Shown piece after piece: positions 1-15,591 of a stretch of 64,000 bases of DNA. Position 1 is the stretch's first letter, and every line of letters begins with the position of its first letter. This DNA is from Marsupella aquatica (taxonomy: Eukaryota; Plantae; Marchantiophyta). The position numbers were made by a program, and so were the translations under genes. The DNA is taken from the NCBI GenBank assembly GCA_973895155.1, contig OZ316894.1:23248709-23312708 (forward strand). Reading direction: 5' to 3'. The notes beneath the pieces are model-generated. The model saw only the letters and a list, made by a program, of their open reading frames with translations, was not told the origin of the DNA and made no database searches.

Positions 1-287
1 TTCCAGGGACACGAAATTCAAGGGAGAACTTCAGCTCATTTTGGTAATTTCCAAGCTTACTCCACTGGAGCTCACTTTGAAAATAAATTATGTTTTTTTC
101 CCACATGCATGAAGTTCAGGGTTACGCAGCAATAGTGCCTGCAATGAATTCTGGTTAGAACCAACCCCTAGACAGGGCAATTCCATATATTGAAATGTAT
201 AACACTGAAATGCGCACTTTTTCTGGTGGGCAGACAAGTCAGGTTTGCTTGCTTTCTAGCCAAAGGAAGAACGCATGATTGAGACTT

Positions 288-422
288 TTTCTTTTTTCTT
301 TTTTCTTTTAATTTTTTTAAGAGGAGATTTGTGAAACTTCACAGAAAGAGAACATTTAAATTCTAGACCTATGAGTCTTAACTCAAGCTAACTACCACAC
401 AACCCCATGACTCTCTGGGCTT
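288..422 (-). mobile_element. Putative tRNA-derived SINE, copy 1 (~135 bp)
   Basis: T-rich tract at 288-318 (A-rich tail on minus). Exact 15-bp target-site duplication GCATGATTGAGACTT at 273-287 and 423-437. Empty-site paralogue at ~513-545. Homologous copy at ~13961-14081. Confidence 0.8.
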
Positions 423-603
423 GCATGATTGAGACTTACCTAGGCTGATCTTTAAATAATTTTAATTGGGGAAACCTCATCCCAAGCTACCTTGGAAATA
501 TTAATTCGAGTGAAAGGAAGAATTCATGATTGAGACTTACCTAGACTGATCGTCAAATAATTTAACTGGGGAGACCTCATCCCAAGCTAGCTTGGAAATA
601 TTG
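423..603. repeat. Two-copy ~102-bp tandem duplication
   Basis: catgattgagacttacctag...cctcatcccaagcta.cttggaaatatt occurs at ~424-503 and ~525-603. Confidence 0.85.
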
Positions 604-788
604 GAACTCAACGAACGGATACTTCCTGTGCCATCCACTCACTGCAATTTCCTGTGCATCACAAGCACATGCATCTTGTGTGCCATTTTCTTCTAGGCGA
701 TCCAATAATACAAAGGAAAACCTTGAGAAGCCAGAAGCCAAGCAATCCAGTTCCAGCCTTGCCACGGATCACGTGACTGAGGTTCTGT

Positions 789-1118
789 CTAAATCTCCAA
801 GATACGGCAGTGCACCATGACAGCTCGAGAGATAAAGCCATAAGCTAAGTCACTGCTTTGTACCGTGGACGGTGGTTGATATACCTCTGCGCGAGTGTGA
901 GGCACTAAATCTACTGGATTCTGCCGTGTGTTCAGCTCAAAGCGAACTATTCTTTCGCCTTTTACTAAAGAATACCGTGCGCGGGACACAAACACGGCAT
1001 ACACGAATATTTTGGATTGCTCTTCAGTGAGTGCCACCCAATTCAAACAAGTAGGACTCTTGATTCCCATGTACTTGCGATCCTCAAACAGTGACTTGAT
1101 GTTCTTCAATCCCCCCAA
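789..1118 (-). pseudogene. Unidentified coding-like fragment, partly duplicated at ~2097-2210
   Basis: RYSLVKGERIVRF(E/V)LNTR is encoded at ~926-990 and ~2097-2160; the second copy is frameshifted. No family recognised. Confidence 0.3.
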
Positions 1119-1214
1119 AACATGACTTGGTGTTCTTCAATTAGCACTAGCCTGAATACCCGACCTTTGCATTCCCAGGTAGCCAGCTCCAGCTACTCAA
1201 TGTCCTCTTAATAC

Positions 1215-1660
1215 CCCCAGTCTAGTTCAGACTTGAATTTAACAATATCCTGGTTTGAATGTTATTAACCCAGTCTAGTTCATACTTGTATTCAATCTTG
1301 AGTCACTTGAATTTTAACAATCTCCTGGTTTGAATGTTAATAACCCAGTCTAGTTCAGACTTGTATTCAATCTTGAGTCATGTGCATATTCACCCCACAA
1401 TCCCCTTGTAATTTTTCACGCCCACCCCAATTTATGGGTCTAGTTCAGACTTGTATTCAATCTTGAGTCACTGTGCATACTCACTCCACAGTCCCCTTGT
1501 CATTTTTCACTCCCACCCCAATTTTTGGTTTCCTCCCAGAGTCACTGTCTAGAAGACTTGCTTTCAATCTTTAGTCACACCACTCACCTCACAGCCCCCT
1601 TGTCATTCATTTTCCGCCCCCACCCCAATTTTTGGTTACCTCCAGAGTCATGGTCTAGAA
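1215..1660. repeat. Complex tandem sub-repeats belonging to a dispersed repeat family
   Basis: Repeated cagtctagttcagacttgtattcaatcttgagtca and cccttgtcatttttcac.cccaccccaattt blocks. The end (ctccagagtcatggtctaga..gcttcactct) recurs at ~34533-34563. Confidence 0.75.
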
Positions 1661-2269
1661 GGAGCTTCACTCTGAACAGTAGCTGTAAGCACTACGTTTG
1701 GATCACAATTTGCTGGTGAGATAAATACACAAATTCTGCCCTATTTGAACAAAAATCACTTTTGTTCAAATGGATGGGGGATGGGAGCACGCCTCTCTTA
1801 ATTTCATTTTTAGACTCGAACACCCGGGTTCTGTTTCCAGTGGGAGAAAAGAGGTCAAAGATGTCATTGCAAGGTTGGGGCGTGGTTATGAGGGCTTGAC
1901 TGCCACAATGTTTTGGATCCAGTTTCAGTTCAGCCTTTTGTTCGGCTGAAGTTCAATCTAAATCACTCCAAATCTTCAAGACATTGCAGTGCAACAGGGA
2001 ACTCGCCAAATAAAGCATAAGTAATGTACTCGTCCTGCAACAGAGAGATTGGTTGATGATTGATACCCATCTTCTGCTACGTTCAGTCTCAGCAGCCGTG
2101 TGTTGAGCACAAAGCGAACTATTCTTTCGCCTTTTACTAAAGAATACCGTGTGCGCGACACTAAAGCGGCTTACACGAATGTTTGGATAGCTCTTCAGTG
2201 AGCACCACCAAAATAGCCCAATTAGCATGCGTTGTTTTTCAGCTCAAAACAGTCCTGTCACCAATACGA

Positions 2270-3105
2270 TTCAATTTGCAATCTCGCGCAAGTTTACTGA
2301 GAGATCTTCCTAGTTTACTCGATGTATCGGAGTGTGATTTTGCGAGGAGCTCATCGAGGATTTTAACTACCAAGCTTTTTCCCCAATACGTCTACATTCC
2401 TTCGATCAAAACTCACGTAAGCAATTTTCCGAGGTCGAGTAGTTTACCAGTTGCAATCTTCTCTGTTGAAAGCTCTTTCTGAGAGATTTTTTAAGCTTAC
2501 TCGATGCGAATGTGATTTGGCGCCTTCGATCAAAACTCACGTGAGCAATTTTCCGAGGTCGAGTAGTTTACCAGTTGCAATCTTCTCTGTTGAAAGCTCT
2601 TTCTGAGAGATTATTTAAGCTTTCTTGATGCAATGTGATGTGGCGCGGAGGACATCGATAATTTTCAACTACCCATCTTTCTCCCCAATGCGTCGACATT
2701 GCTTAAATCAAAATTCAGATATGCAATTTTCCTGAGCTGTGTAGTTACCATTTGCAATTCTCTGTTGTTAGCTCGTTCTGAGGGATCTTCTAAGCTTACT
2801 CGATGCATCGGAATGAGATTTTGCGCGGAGCACATCGATAATTTTCAACTACCAAGCTTTCTGTCGAATACGTCGACATTGGTTACTTAGATGAAAGTTC
2901 ACGTAAGCAATTTCCCGAGCTCGCTTATTTACCATTTGCAATGTTCTCTTTTCAACGCTCTTTCTGAGGGATCTTCTTAGCTTTACTCGATGGATCGGAA
3001 TGTGACTTGAGCGGAGCACATCGATAATTTACAACTACCAAGCTTTCTCCCGAACACGACATTGCTATTCCCAAATTCACGTAAGCGATTTTCCGAGCTC
3101 GAGAT
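2270..3105. repeat. Degenerate ~180-bp tandem array, about 5 units
   Basis: Anchor cacgtaagcaattttccgag at 2414, 2538, 2716, 2900 and 3078 (periods 124, 178, 184, 178). Confidence 0.85.
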
Positions 3106-3531
3106 CTCGTCGCTCAGAACTACAAGGGGCAGAACTTATGGCTACGGGCATATTAGACGGGAACTTTTCACGGAAGGAAGCCTCAAGGGAACTTTTTCTT
3201 TGTAGACAGAGTCTCAAAAGACGAACGCTGAACTGAAGTAGAGACGACATCGAAAACTTGGACTCGAGATTCAATCCGCTGCCTTTCCAGACAGAATTAC
3301 ATCAATTTATATTTTCAAGGGGACGTATTCGGATGTTTCGATAGCTAAATTCTTAAGAATTTCGACCTTGAGAGAATGCCTGAATGTGTCATCTGCCGAC
3401 TTTGCTAATGCTAAATACTCATCAAGCTCACCTTCTCTCTACACTTTCGACGATATTACAAACAAACTGTCTACGATCCGCCGGCCAGAACTCTACAAGA
3501 GGTTTCGAGGGCCACATGTATGGAGATGGTG

Positions 3532-6827
<3,296 letters not shown>

Positions 6828-7666
6828 TCAGGAAGAAGGTATTTGGCCTTTATGACACTTATCCACGTCCGCCCGCAAGTGTAGAAGCACCGGATAACGA
6901 AGGCGAGTCCGGCACAGAACAAGCATATCTGAGCTAGCGTTTCACACTCTTGACCGACCCAAGAGAGTCTGGCTTGACTGAGCCAAGCTATTGCCACTAT
7001 GCTCCAGCAATAATTGAAGCATTATTTGAGAAAGCGACGCTTCTTTGTGCATGGGATACACGCATTACTGGCTAGAGATAGCTAACTGTGAGGCTTGTTG
7101 CAACGGACTAGATTTACTTTTTCTAAGTCACTAGGCTCCCAAGCATTTCCATGAAAAGTTGTCTTGATACTGTACACATAAACGTCAAGAGGGTGGCGGA
7201 CGGAGTGGTCCTGTTAGTGAGTTATCAATGCTTCAATTGTGACCCGCAAGGCCCCATCTCTCCGCTTCTCTTCGTCCGCGCTCCCTCAGTTCTCTCTCAG
7301 AACGCGTCTCAAACTCTTCGAATCTGTCTCTTTGGTTCTCCTCGTTCATGCCTGCTATGAATACCTCGACTGACCATTTGTTTACAGAGCGAAATGGAAT
7401 CACTTACCGTGGGTCCCAAGGATATACAGTGCAATACTGAAACAGATGTTCTCATAATGTAAAAGGTTCTACTTTACAGACACCGAAAACAGAATGACTT
7501 TGTTCATGGGCGAGCTTTTCAGTGACACGAGTAGTACATAAGCAACATGAAATTACCTTTCAAGTTCTTTCGAGCTAAACGGAGGTGTTGGCAAACGCTC
7601 CGTCACGTGTCCTTTGGATGCCGGAGAGTCTAGTCTAATCACACAGCGTTATTTTCAACTCATTCT

Positions 7667-8014
7667 CTATGTTGCAAAGTCCAGTGGACAACGCACGCAA
7701 GGGAAATGGAATGGGGATGTTCTCCTCCATATCTTCTGGCTATAACGAAGCCAGCACCACATTTTATTCCGAACCACATTTCGCTGAGGAACGATAAACT
7801 CCAACTCAAAGAGAACTTCATTTTTTGAAGAGGCTTTGTCCATCTCGTGTCCATCGATTAAATATGCCCACATGTCCGCCGCCAGCTTTTCTAAGTATCG
7901 TTTGACAAAAACGACTCTAGGATCGAGAGCGTTCTGTGAAGCGAAAAGACAGTTCCAAGCTTCTTGATTCTGGTTTAGGTCAATCATACATCCGTTATCT
8001 TTCTGCGCGTCCAT
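7667..8014 (-). CDS. Possible small hypothetical protein (single ORF, ~115 aa from MDAQKDNG)
   Basis: Open ORF with protein-like composition upstream of the tubulin. No recognised motif. Confidence 0.25.
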   Translation of the reverse strand: MDAQKDNGCMIDLNQNQEAWNCLFASQNALDPRVVFVKRYLEKLAADMWAYLIDGHEMDKASSKNEVLFELEFIVPQRNVVRNKMWCWLRYSQKIWRRTSPFHFPCVRCPLDFAT

Positions 8015-8551
8015 TGAAATTTCATGAACAGAACTCGGCAAACGATTTCACAGACGTGTTTCTGCGAATTCTCATCGCAATCCATCTCACACAATCACAC
8101 GCCAAGAGGGATCAAATCTGCAAAAGTCAGGTTTCTAGGGAATAGGTACTGACGATCAAGAGCTCGACGCTTTATTGCCGGGAATTTTGAAACTCCGTGA
8201 AAAGCCTTCGAAAGATTGACATTCCGAAATTGAATGTTAAAAGCTGCATACCATAGCTCACTCGACTCTGTTCCCCATGGCCTACTGTAAGTTAGAGCCC
8301 CTAGAGGAAGGGGGCTGGCCCTTATGTCCCAGGGCTTTGAGGCTAGCCATTTTAGCCTAAACTTCTCCCCTAACGAAAGTGTTACTACTTTCTAGATGTC
8401 CCAGGTCTCTCTCATCAGAGCCTCCTTTACACAACAGCAGGTGTTTATTTAACCTCAAAGAGCTCATGCATTCATTGTTTTTCCTAGCCATTATTCTTCC
8501 TGGGGGTGAGGCTGTTGGCATTAGGGCCTCAAGTCAAAATTAGTTGAGTGA

Positions 8552-8730
8552 CCCTCCTATGCAGTTAACCCCACAGCTTTACCAGGCCATAGAATTTGCC
8601 AATAGGTAGGCCTCCTATGCAGTTTACCCCATAACTTTACCAGGCTATAGAATTTGCCAATAGGTCAGCCTCCTATGCAGTTTAACCCCATAGCATTACC
8701 AGGCTTTAGAATTTGCCAATAGGTAGGCTT
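8552..8730. repeat. Minisatellite, ~58 bp x3
   Basis: cctcctatgcagtt..cccca...ttaccaggc..tagaatttgccaataggt occurs three times. Confidence 0.9.
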
Positions 8731-8949
8731 TTCGGTTTTAAGTTTCTTCTTGTTGTTCCCTAGGGGTGTTTCCTTTGCCTCCCCTTTGTTTGGTCTCTTG
8801 CCTTTGGGAATCTTGTTTCTTGGGTGGACACCTTTATTAATTGTTTTTGGTACAAGCCCGGATAAAATACCTGTATATATGCACTCGTTTGTACCAGCTC
8901 AAATGCCAATTCGTGAGAGGCATACACACTTCTTTGCACTAGCTCTTGT

Positions 8950-9127
8950 ATTAGCCCATATGAATAGCCCTACACACCTCTTTGTACTAGCTTGAATACC
9001 TGTTTATATTAGCCCATATTAGCCCTACACACCTCTTTGTACTAGCTTGAATACCTGTTTATATTACCCCATATTAGCCCTACACACCTCTTTGTACTAG
9101 CTTGAATACCTGTTTATATTAGCCCAC
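8950..9127. repeat. Minisatellite, ~56 bp x3
   Basis: tagccctacacacctctttgtactagcttgaatacctgtttatatta occurs three times. Confidence 0.9.
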
Positions 9128-10347
9128 ATGCACTGGAAGTGCTCCGAGTAACCAACCAGACTCTATGCCCATTGTCATTCTCACATAATTTAAATATCAA
9201 AAGTATTATTATCATATAATTTGCACTCATGATAGATAAATGTCGATTGCAAGATAACTTACACTGGCTTCAACCTATGGAGTGAGTAAATTACAGCCTA
9301 TGGATTCCCTCTAGGGAGTGAGATTGTAAAATAAATTACTGAGGCCTCATCCTATTGAGAAAGTAAATTATAGCCATTGCTTCACGCTATGGAGTAAGTC
9401 ATAAATAATACAGTTCAGATTGCAACTTCACGGCAAAATTTACTCTATGGAGTGGGTCACGAATCATAGATTTCCACCACAAATCAGAGTATCGATAGAA
9501 CATTGGTAGTGGGCGTGGGAGAGTACAAATTCCTCCACCTCCAGCCATAATGCTGTACATCTCATCTCGAGTGCTCTTTAACATCCTACAAAGCAGTTAT
9601 CATAAGCTTCATAGTACCCTTGCCAGACTACTTTCTCATAGTCTGTGATGCGTTTTCTTACTTAGCACTTTATCATCGACTATATTGCAATTGCGTGCAA
9701 GGTAGAACGTTGTTGGATTGGGGACTTGGGCACGGGTGTTGTGGCGTGTTACTGGCATGATTTCGAATCATCTGAGCAATGTGGGCAAAGTTGGAAAGAT
9801 CTTGACTTGGAGCTCCCCCGGAGCACCCTCTGGCCCGTGCAACACTCATCAAAAATGTTTCCATAATTATGGCCCCAGGGTGGTGCTTGGACCTAAAGAT
9901 TGCCAATGAATGAGGAAACGTATTTGAGTAATCAGCCATTTGTCCCCGTCTCCCAATTCTGTACAGGTCAAGTGTCTCACTTTGGGAGGCGGAACATTTC
10001 TCGAAATTGAAGGCTTAACCCAATTCTGTACAGGGTGAAAGGTGAAGAAGGTTCTGTCACTTCAAGAGGCGGCACATTTCTCAGAATTGAATACTTAACC
10101 GAATACCCTCAAGGGCTGTCTCAGATTTCCAATGAATTATGCACAGATGTTGTCGAGACAAGGTCATTACTCCGAGCTGCAAGTATTGTTGCTGCCAGAA
10201 AAATTACAATGAACGGTGTCCTCCACAGAGTTTCATGTCTGAAAAGAGTATTCGAAAGATAGTTCACGCTGCGAATGTACCAACTTTCTCAGACATTCAA
10301 TGCGAATGACATTATCCACTTTCCCGGCAATCTTACGTGACTTGGAG

Positions 10348-12118
10348 CTAGGACGGTTGTGAGTACACGGCGACCGCGATGCCCACAGCAGGACCTGCAA
10401 GAATGTTTGGGACAAAAGCATTGACAAAAGCACCGAAGGGAGGTCCAATAAACGGAACCTTCCGCACTAAGATTTTGGTGATATGCACAGCGACCAGCCC
10501 TCCCAGCATGAACAGCCCAAGCCTCTTGCCTCGATCCAGAGCCACGCGCTTGAGCAGATGCCGTGCGTATAAATCGAAGGTACTCAAGTCGATTGGCTGG
10601 CCTTGCTGCCCGGCGAAAGTCTCGTCATTCTGCGAAATCACATCAACATCCTCCTGCGTTGCTGGCCTTAGACAGACCTTTCCAGCCCTTTCATCGAGGT
10701 CCTCTACAATTATCTGCCACAAAAGCAGAAGTCGTTCTCATTAGTGGCAAACCTCCACACTATGTGGCATGGAAATGGCAACAGGCTTAACGTCCCTTGG
10801 ATCCACGATGAAGATATTGAAATGATTCGAAATATATTCATTGCCTTCAGCGACAACACAGTAAATTTCCCAAAGGAAATCACTCACTGTTTTGGCTGTG
10901 TAGAAGGCTACATATTCTAATTTCTTCTCAAGACACCAAAATTCATATGCCTGACGGTGGATAAAATTGACATATCATTTCAATCCAACGCAATCAACGA
11001 CTGATGTGAACATTGCACACTCTTAAGAGACTATTGTAGGTCCAAACATACGCCGTACATTGTGACAACTTTGCACACAACCTGAGCACCTCAATGTAAC
11101 CTCTACTACTCGCATGGGAGCTAAGATTTAGGCAATGACATTCATGAACATCGCGCAGATACCCTAAACAAGCTGCAACGCAACGACAATGAGCCAGCTC
11201 CTCTTTATGCTAGTCACATACGGGACCAAAAACGGGACCAAATCCCGTCGGTTGGATTACATGAAGTCCCCAAAACACCCTGCTATACTGATAGGGCCCA
11301 CTACACGGAAAATGCGGGGGATGATAAGACCGGAGAAGCCCCTCTTCAAAGCAAAGAGTGCCAGCCTTGTTCACGAGAGGAATATTAGGAGACTCGAAGT
11401 AGGCCAGTTGCGAAGTGAGGGGGAGAAATCCAACGAGTCCCTAGCAGTGCGATAATGAATGCCATCTTTAACTAGCGGAAACTGACCTATATATCCAAAG
11501 CTCTCACAATCCTTGACACAAAATACTTCCAAGATCTCCCTCTCGTACTCAGCAGGCGAGGGACGGCAAGAACAAGACACTACATCTGCGTGAAATGCAG
11601 ACTATTGTAGGTTTCTGTCGACTACCGCCATTTGACCTAACCGTGCTATTAAATGGAACACTACTGCTACACAAGCGAGAGTTCTCCACATCTAAGAATA
11701 AATTAATTTGTAAAGAACGTCCAATCAGTACCTCCTCAATGTTTACGTTAGAAACAATTTGATTTAGACAGTAATGATCATTGGGTTTGAGACAATAATC
11801 GGATAGAGCAATACAGGACAACAAAGGGAGAAAGAGCCATGCCTGTAGAAAGTACTGGAGAGCCGAGAGGAGGTGCTCCGGGGGCATGGTAGAGTAAGGA
11901 ACTGGGAGGCAAAAACGCGAATAAGCAGCACGCACAGCACCTTTGAAGCGGGGCGAGGCATCTATCAAACGATTCACACTTTCGTTCAAGCTGGCAACAC
12001 TCCCAGACCCTTCGACGATTCCCTTCTCATTGTTCAGCAAATTTCTCTGCCTCTCTCCTCCGCGTCTGTGATCATCACCGCTCCCATGCCTTCTCTCGTG
12101 ATTGCTCATCGTCCCCAT
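10348..12118 (-). CDS. Degenerate EF-hand-like protein with hydrophobic C-terminus (~213 aa), exons 12118-11843 and 10713-10348
   Basis: The two ORFs join in phase 0 (SALQYFLQ|IIVEDLDE) through CAG|GCATGG...GTGGCAG|. The C-terminus (AVHITKILVRKVPFIG...) and overall layout recall the plant At4g37445-type 'calcium ion-binding' family, from memory. Additional internal exons cannot be excluded. Confidence 0.65.
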
Positions 12119-13354
12119 TTCCGCCCCCAAAACAGAACCGTCCGCAAAACTGCCTCACGAATGCCCGACCTAGTGACTTCTTCAACGTCCTAGTAAGCTC
12201 AGTGCCAATTCTCTTCAAAGTGTATACCACTAACCAAGCAATGCTCAGAATTCCTCATTTTCTGCGATTGAAGAAGAACACACAATTACTTCAACCCGCT
12301 GAGCTTAACATCACCATATCAATCGACTCATTCTCTTCTCTTCTCTTCTCTCCCCTCTCCAACCACAATGCCGGTGCCTCGAATTCCCACCACCGATATT
12401 TTCTCCAGCGTTGTTCCCTCCGAAACTTCAGTGACGAAGAACAAGTCTAAAACCCCCAAACAAGTTCTCTAATTCCCACGAGACGCAAACTGCCCCCATT
12501 CCTCCGCCACAATGTATTGATCAAATCCTCCTCAAAACCCCTCTTCGCTCGCTGAGACGTGATCGAAGAACGCCCGCCCACAGACGGCATTGCAGCAAGG
12601 CGAGGCGATTGTGTTCACGGCTCGTCTGAAGTGTCACTCACAGTTAACTCGCGAGACTGCGAGGTCGAGACGAGGACAAGACAGTTCGCCACTTCGGTGT
12701 GCAACACCTCGAGTGCACTACACACGGATCGCAAGTGCTCCTCCACTTCATTACTACAACGGCCACAACCTGTAAGTCAATCGTGCGGCAGGGATCCAAC
12801 AGTTCGTTTTTTATTAGTGATTATTGGGGTTTATTACATTGCCACTCTTTCGTTCTTTTTGCTTTGGAATACCTCAAGCTGACCCACCCATGACTACCTC
12901 AAGCTGACCCATTTAACACATGATAGGCCATCAACTCCTGAGCATGCTAGTGGTTAGTGGGGTTTATTACATTGCCACTCTTTTTTTTTGTTGCCTTGAA
13001 TTCCTCAAGTTGACCCATCCAATATAGGATAGACTACCAACTCAGGAGCTTGTACCTCTGTAGGGTAGCCCACAAGGGGGGAGCATGTACCTCTGTAGGG
13101 TAGCCTAGGGTAGCCACAGAGGGGGTCATACCCAGTACCAGGAGGAGGACAGTGTTGGACCAGAGCTCCAAAGGGGACCAACTATAGCTGTAAGCATAGT
13201 CTTATGGGCTGAAACTTTCTAGATGTAAAATTTTTATGGGGCTTGTATTTTGGTAGCCCATAACTCCTTACTTTGGGGCCATGAAGAATTGTATGGCTTG
13301 GCCGTATCTCATTTATGGCATTGTTTTAAGATGCACTCTTCTACAGAAAAAAGA

Positions 13355-14770
13355 TGTCGTGCGCATACACATCGCTACACAATATACATCGCTTGTCATA
13401 TACATCCAAACATAGTCACACTTCCACATCACAAACACAAGAGAATGGAATACAAGTGGAACTCATGTCCACACATGTCCAAAACCCACAATTAATCTCC
13501 ATACAATCGGCACAACGATCCCGGTCAACAATACCCCATCGATCCCGCACCGATCCGATCACACACGTATGTCAAGCCAACGCACCTTGCACTACTCAAG
13601 GAATCCACGTTACACAAGCGGAGCTCACAGCCACCATAGCCACTCAAGCTCCTCTCTCTCCAAGGCTCAACATTGAAAGATGACCTTTCAATGCCTCACA
13701 AGTGAGAAGTACCCTCTCACACAACCTGATGGAACCTTATCGGCTCATATAGCACACATACCAAACATACGGATCTAGATAGTATGATACACTCTAACAC
13801 TACCTAGAATGGTGTGACAAAGACCTGCCCCTCCCCACTACGATCATTTAGCATTAGGGCACCACTTCATGTATGCCATTCAAGAAGTAGGTTTGGTATT
13901 TAAATGATAAGGTCAGCCTATTAGTGTGACCAATTCTCTTTGGTCATAGACCTGGTCTTTTTTTTATAAAAAGGATTAAGGGGAAATCTATGAAACACCA
14001 CAACAGTTAGTCACAACATTGAACTCTAGACCTATAAGTCTCAACTCATGTAAGTTATCACAGAGCCATGCCTCTCTGGGCAATAGGCCTTGTCTTTCTA
14101 ACCCACCACTATCACTATACTAAAAGGGTGCACTCCCACCTTCTATTAGGGATAAATAGAGCAATGGAGAGTTAACCATGAACAATTACACAACATTGAC
14201 TTTACAAATGTTAATTACTTCTAAAGTGTTCCGACTGGGTTTTTGGTTTCTAGTCTCAAGATCACACTTTTTTGTACTTGTGACACAGGGTGAAAGTTTT
14301 CAGACTTTGCTGTCAATTCTGTCAAAATTTAGTGTTTGCTAGCTCTCTTGCTTATCCTCCTTTGGTAACCCTCCACCAATGCACTCCGAGAGAAAGTTCA
14401 GCTGGTCACCTACACTAACTTGTGTTCATCTGTTGACTCAAAAGTGCTTGGAGGAGGACTTTCTCGCAACATAGGGATTTGTGCTATTGTTATTCCTTAG
14501 TGAGACATTTGCCATCTTCTCTATTCTACAATGACAATAACACTTTGTAGTCATGCCATGAACTAAATAGTTCAACTAGTGTATTCTGGATTTCACTATT
14601 TTTGAATTTCTTATTCCCATAGAGGATTTGGGTTGTTGTGCCAATACACATTGCTACAAAACATAATTTGCTTGTCACACATATTCACTGATGGTCCTAA
14701 TCTAATAACACAAACACAAGAAAATGGTATGCAAAGTGGAAGTCATGTCCACCAATACACAAAACCCATA
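13355..14770 (+). repeat. Two ~150-bp copies of a dispersed repeat (~13355-13495 and ~14635-14770)
   Basis: atacacat.gctaca.aa...gcttgtca...cacaaacacaaga.aatgg..t.caa.gtggaa.tcatgtccac...caaaaccca is present at both sites. Confidence 0.7.
13961..14081 (-). mobile_element. Putative tRNA-derived SINE, copy 2
   Basis: Same 5' end as copy 1 (GCCCAGAGAG.CATGG on minus), shared core (ctagacctat.agtct.aactca), T-tract tail, and a degenerate TSD (atagacctggtcttt / ataggccttgtcttt). Confidence 0.7.
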
Positions 14771-15591
14771 GTATACAAACAATGTATGTTCTGTAGCGAT
14801 GTGTCTGCACATGAGAGACGTTGAGAGTGAAAATGTTATCAAGCACAAGTGAAAGTTAGTTAGTTGGATGCCATGGCAAGCCAGTAAGTCAACCTGACAA
14901 TTGAATTTCAAGGCATACAGTGTGTAGGTTAGGAGGACCCAAGGGTGGTCAAAGTCACCTAAGTGTTTCCTCACATGACCCTTCTTTTTCTATATCCAAC
15001 TACCTTGTTAACCACAACCTGGTTGGTAACATCCATTTTGGGGACTCCTCCTTTTTGCCATCTAAAGTACTAGAACACACAAAAAATATCAATGGCAGCA
15101 AAAAGCAAAAGAAATTCGAACCACTTATTGGATTCTTAGAAAAACACAAAAAAAATGTAAATGGCAGAAAATTTAATTTAAAACCACCTATAAAAGGCCA
15201 CTAGTGAGTCGCCAACAACATTTTCTTCGCTCTGAAAATTACTCTTTGTTCGCGTTACACAATACCTCGTAGGGAAAGCCCAACGGGGGGACAGGGTTTA
15301 GGGGAGAGAGAGCTGCCTCTCTAGTCGAAATTGATTTCCGCAAAGGAGCACAAGTTCAACGCTTCTTTTAAATCACTCAACGATCGAGTGGCTGTTTACG
15401 ACAATCAGCTCTACAGAGACATCGAGCTTCCATACTGGTACGTGAGGATGCATATTGGTTGGGGCCTTCTTCGGGACGTTTGAGGTTCTTTCTCTGTTAA
15501 TTGCGGACACAATGTCATTCATTGATCAGCAAGCCATTGTTTTGAACTTTGACGAGGAGGAAGGAGAGATATCTGGTGATTGGGTTGGATT

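Noticed and set aside
8848-8870. caagcccggataaaa resembles part of the rice twister ribozyme
   Set aside because: The required upstream pairing strands and downstream GAGGG are absent.
8552-9127. Regularly spaced repeats as a CRISPR-like array
   Set aside because: Whole units repeat with no unique spacers, the context is eukaryotic and there are no cas genes.
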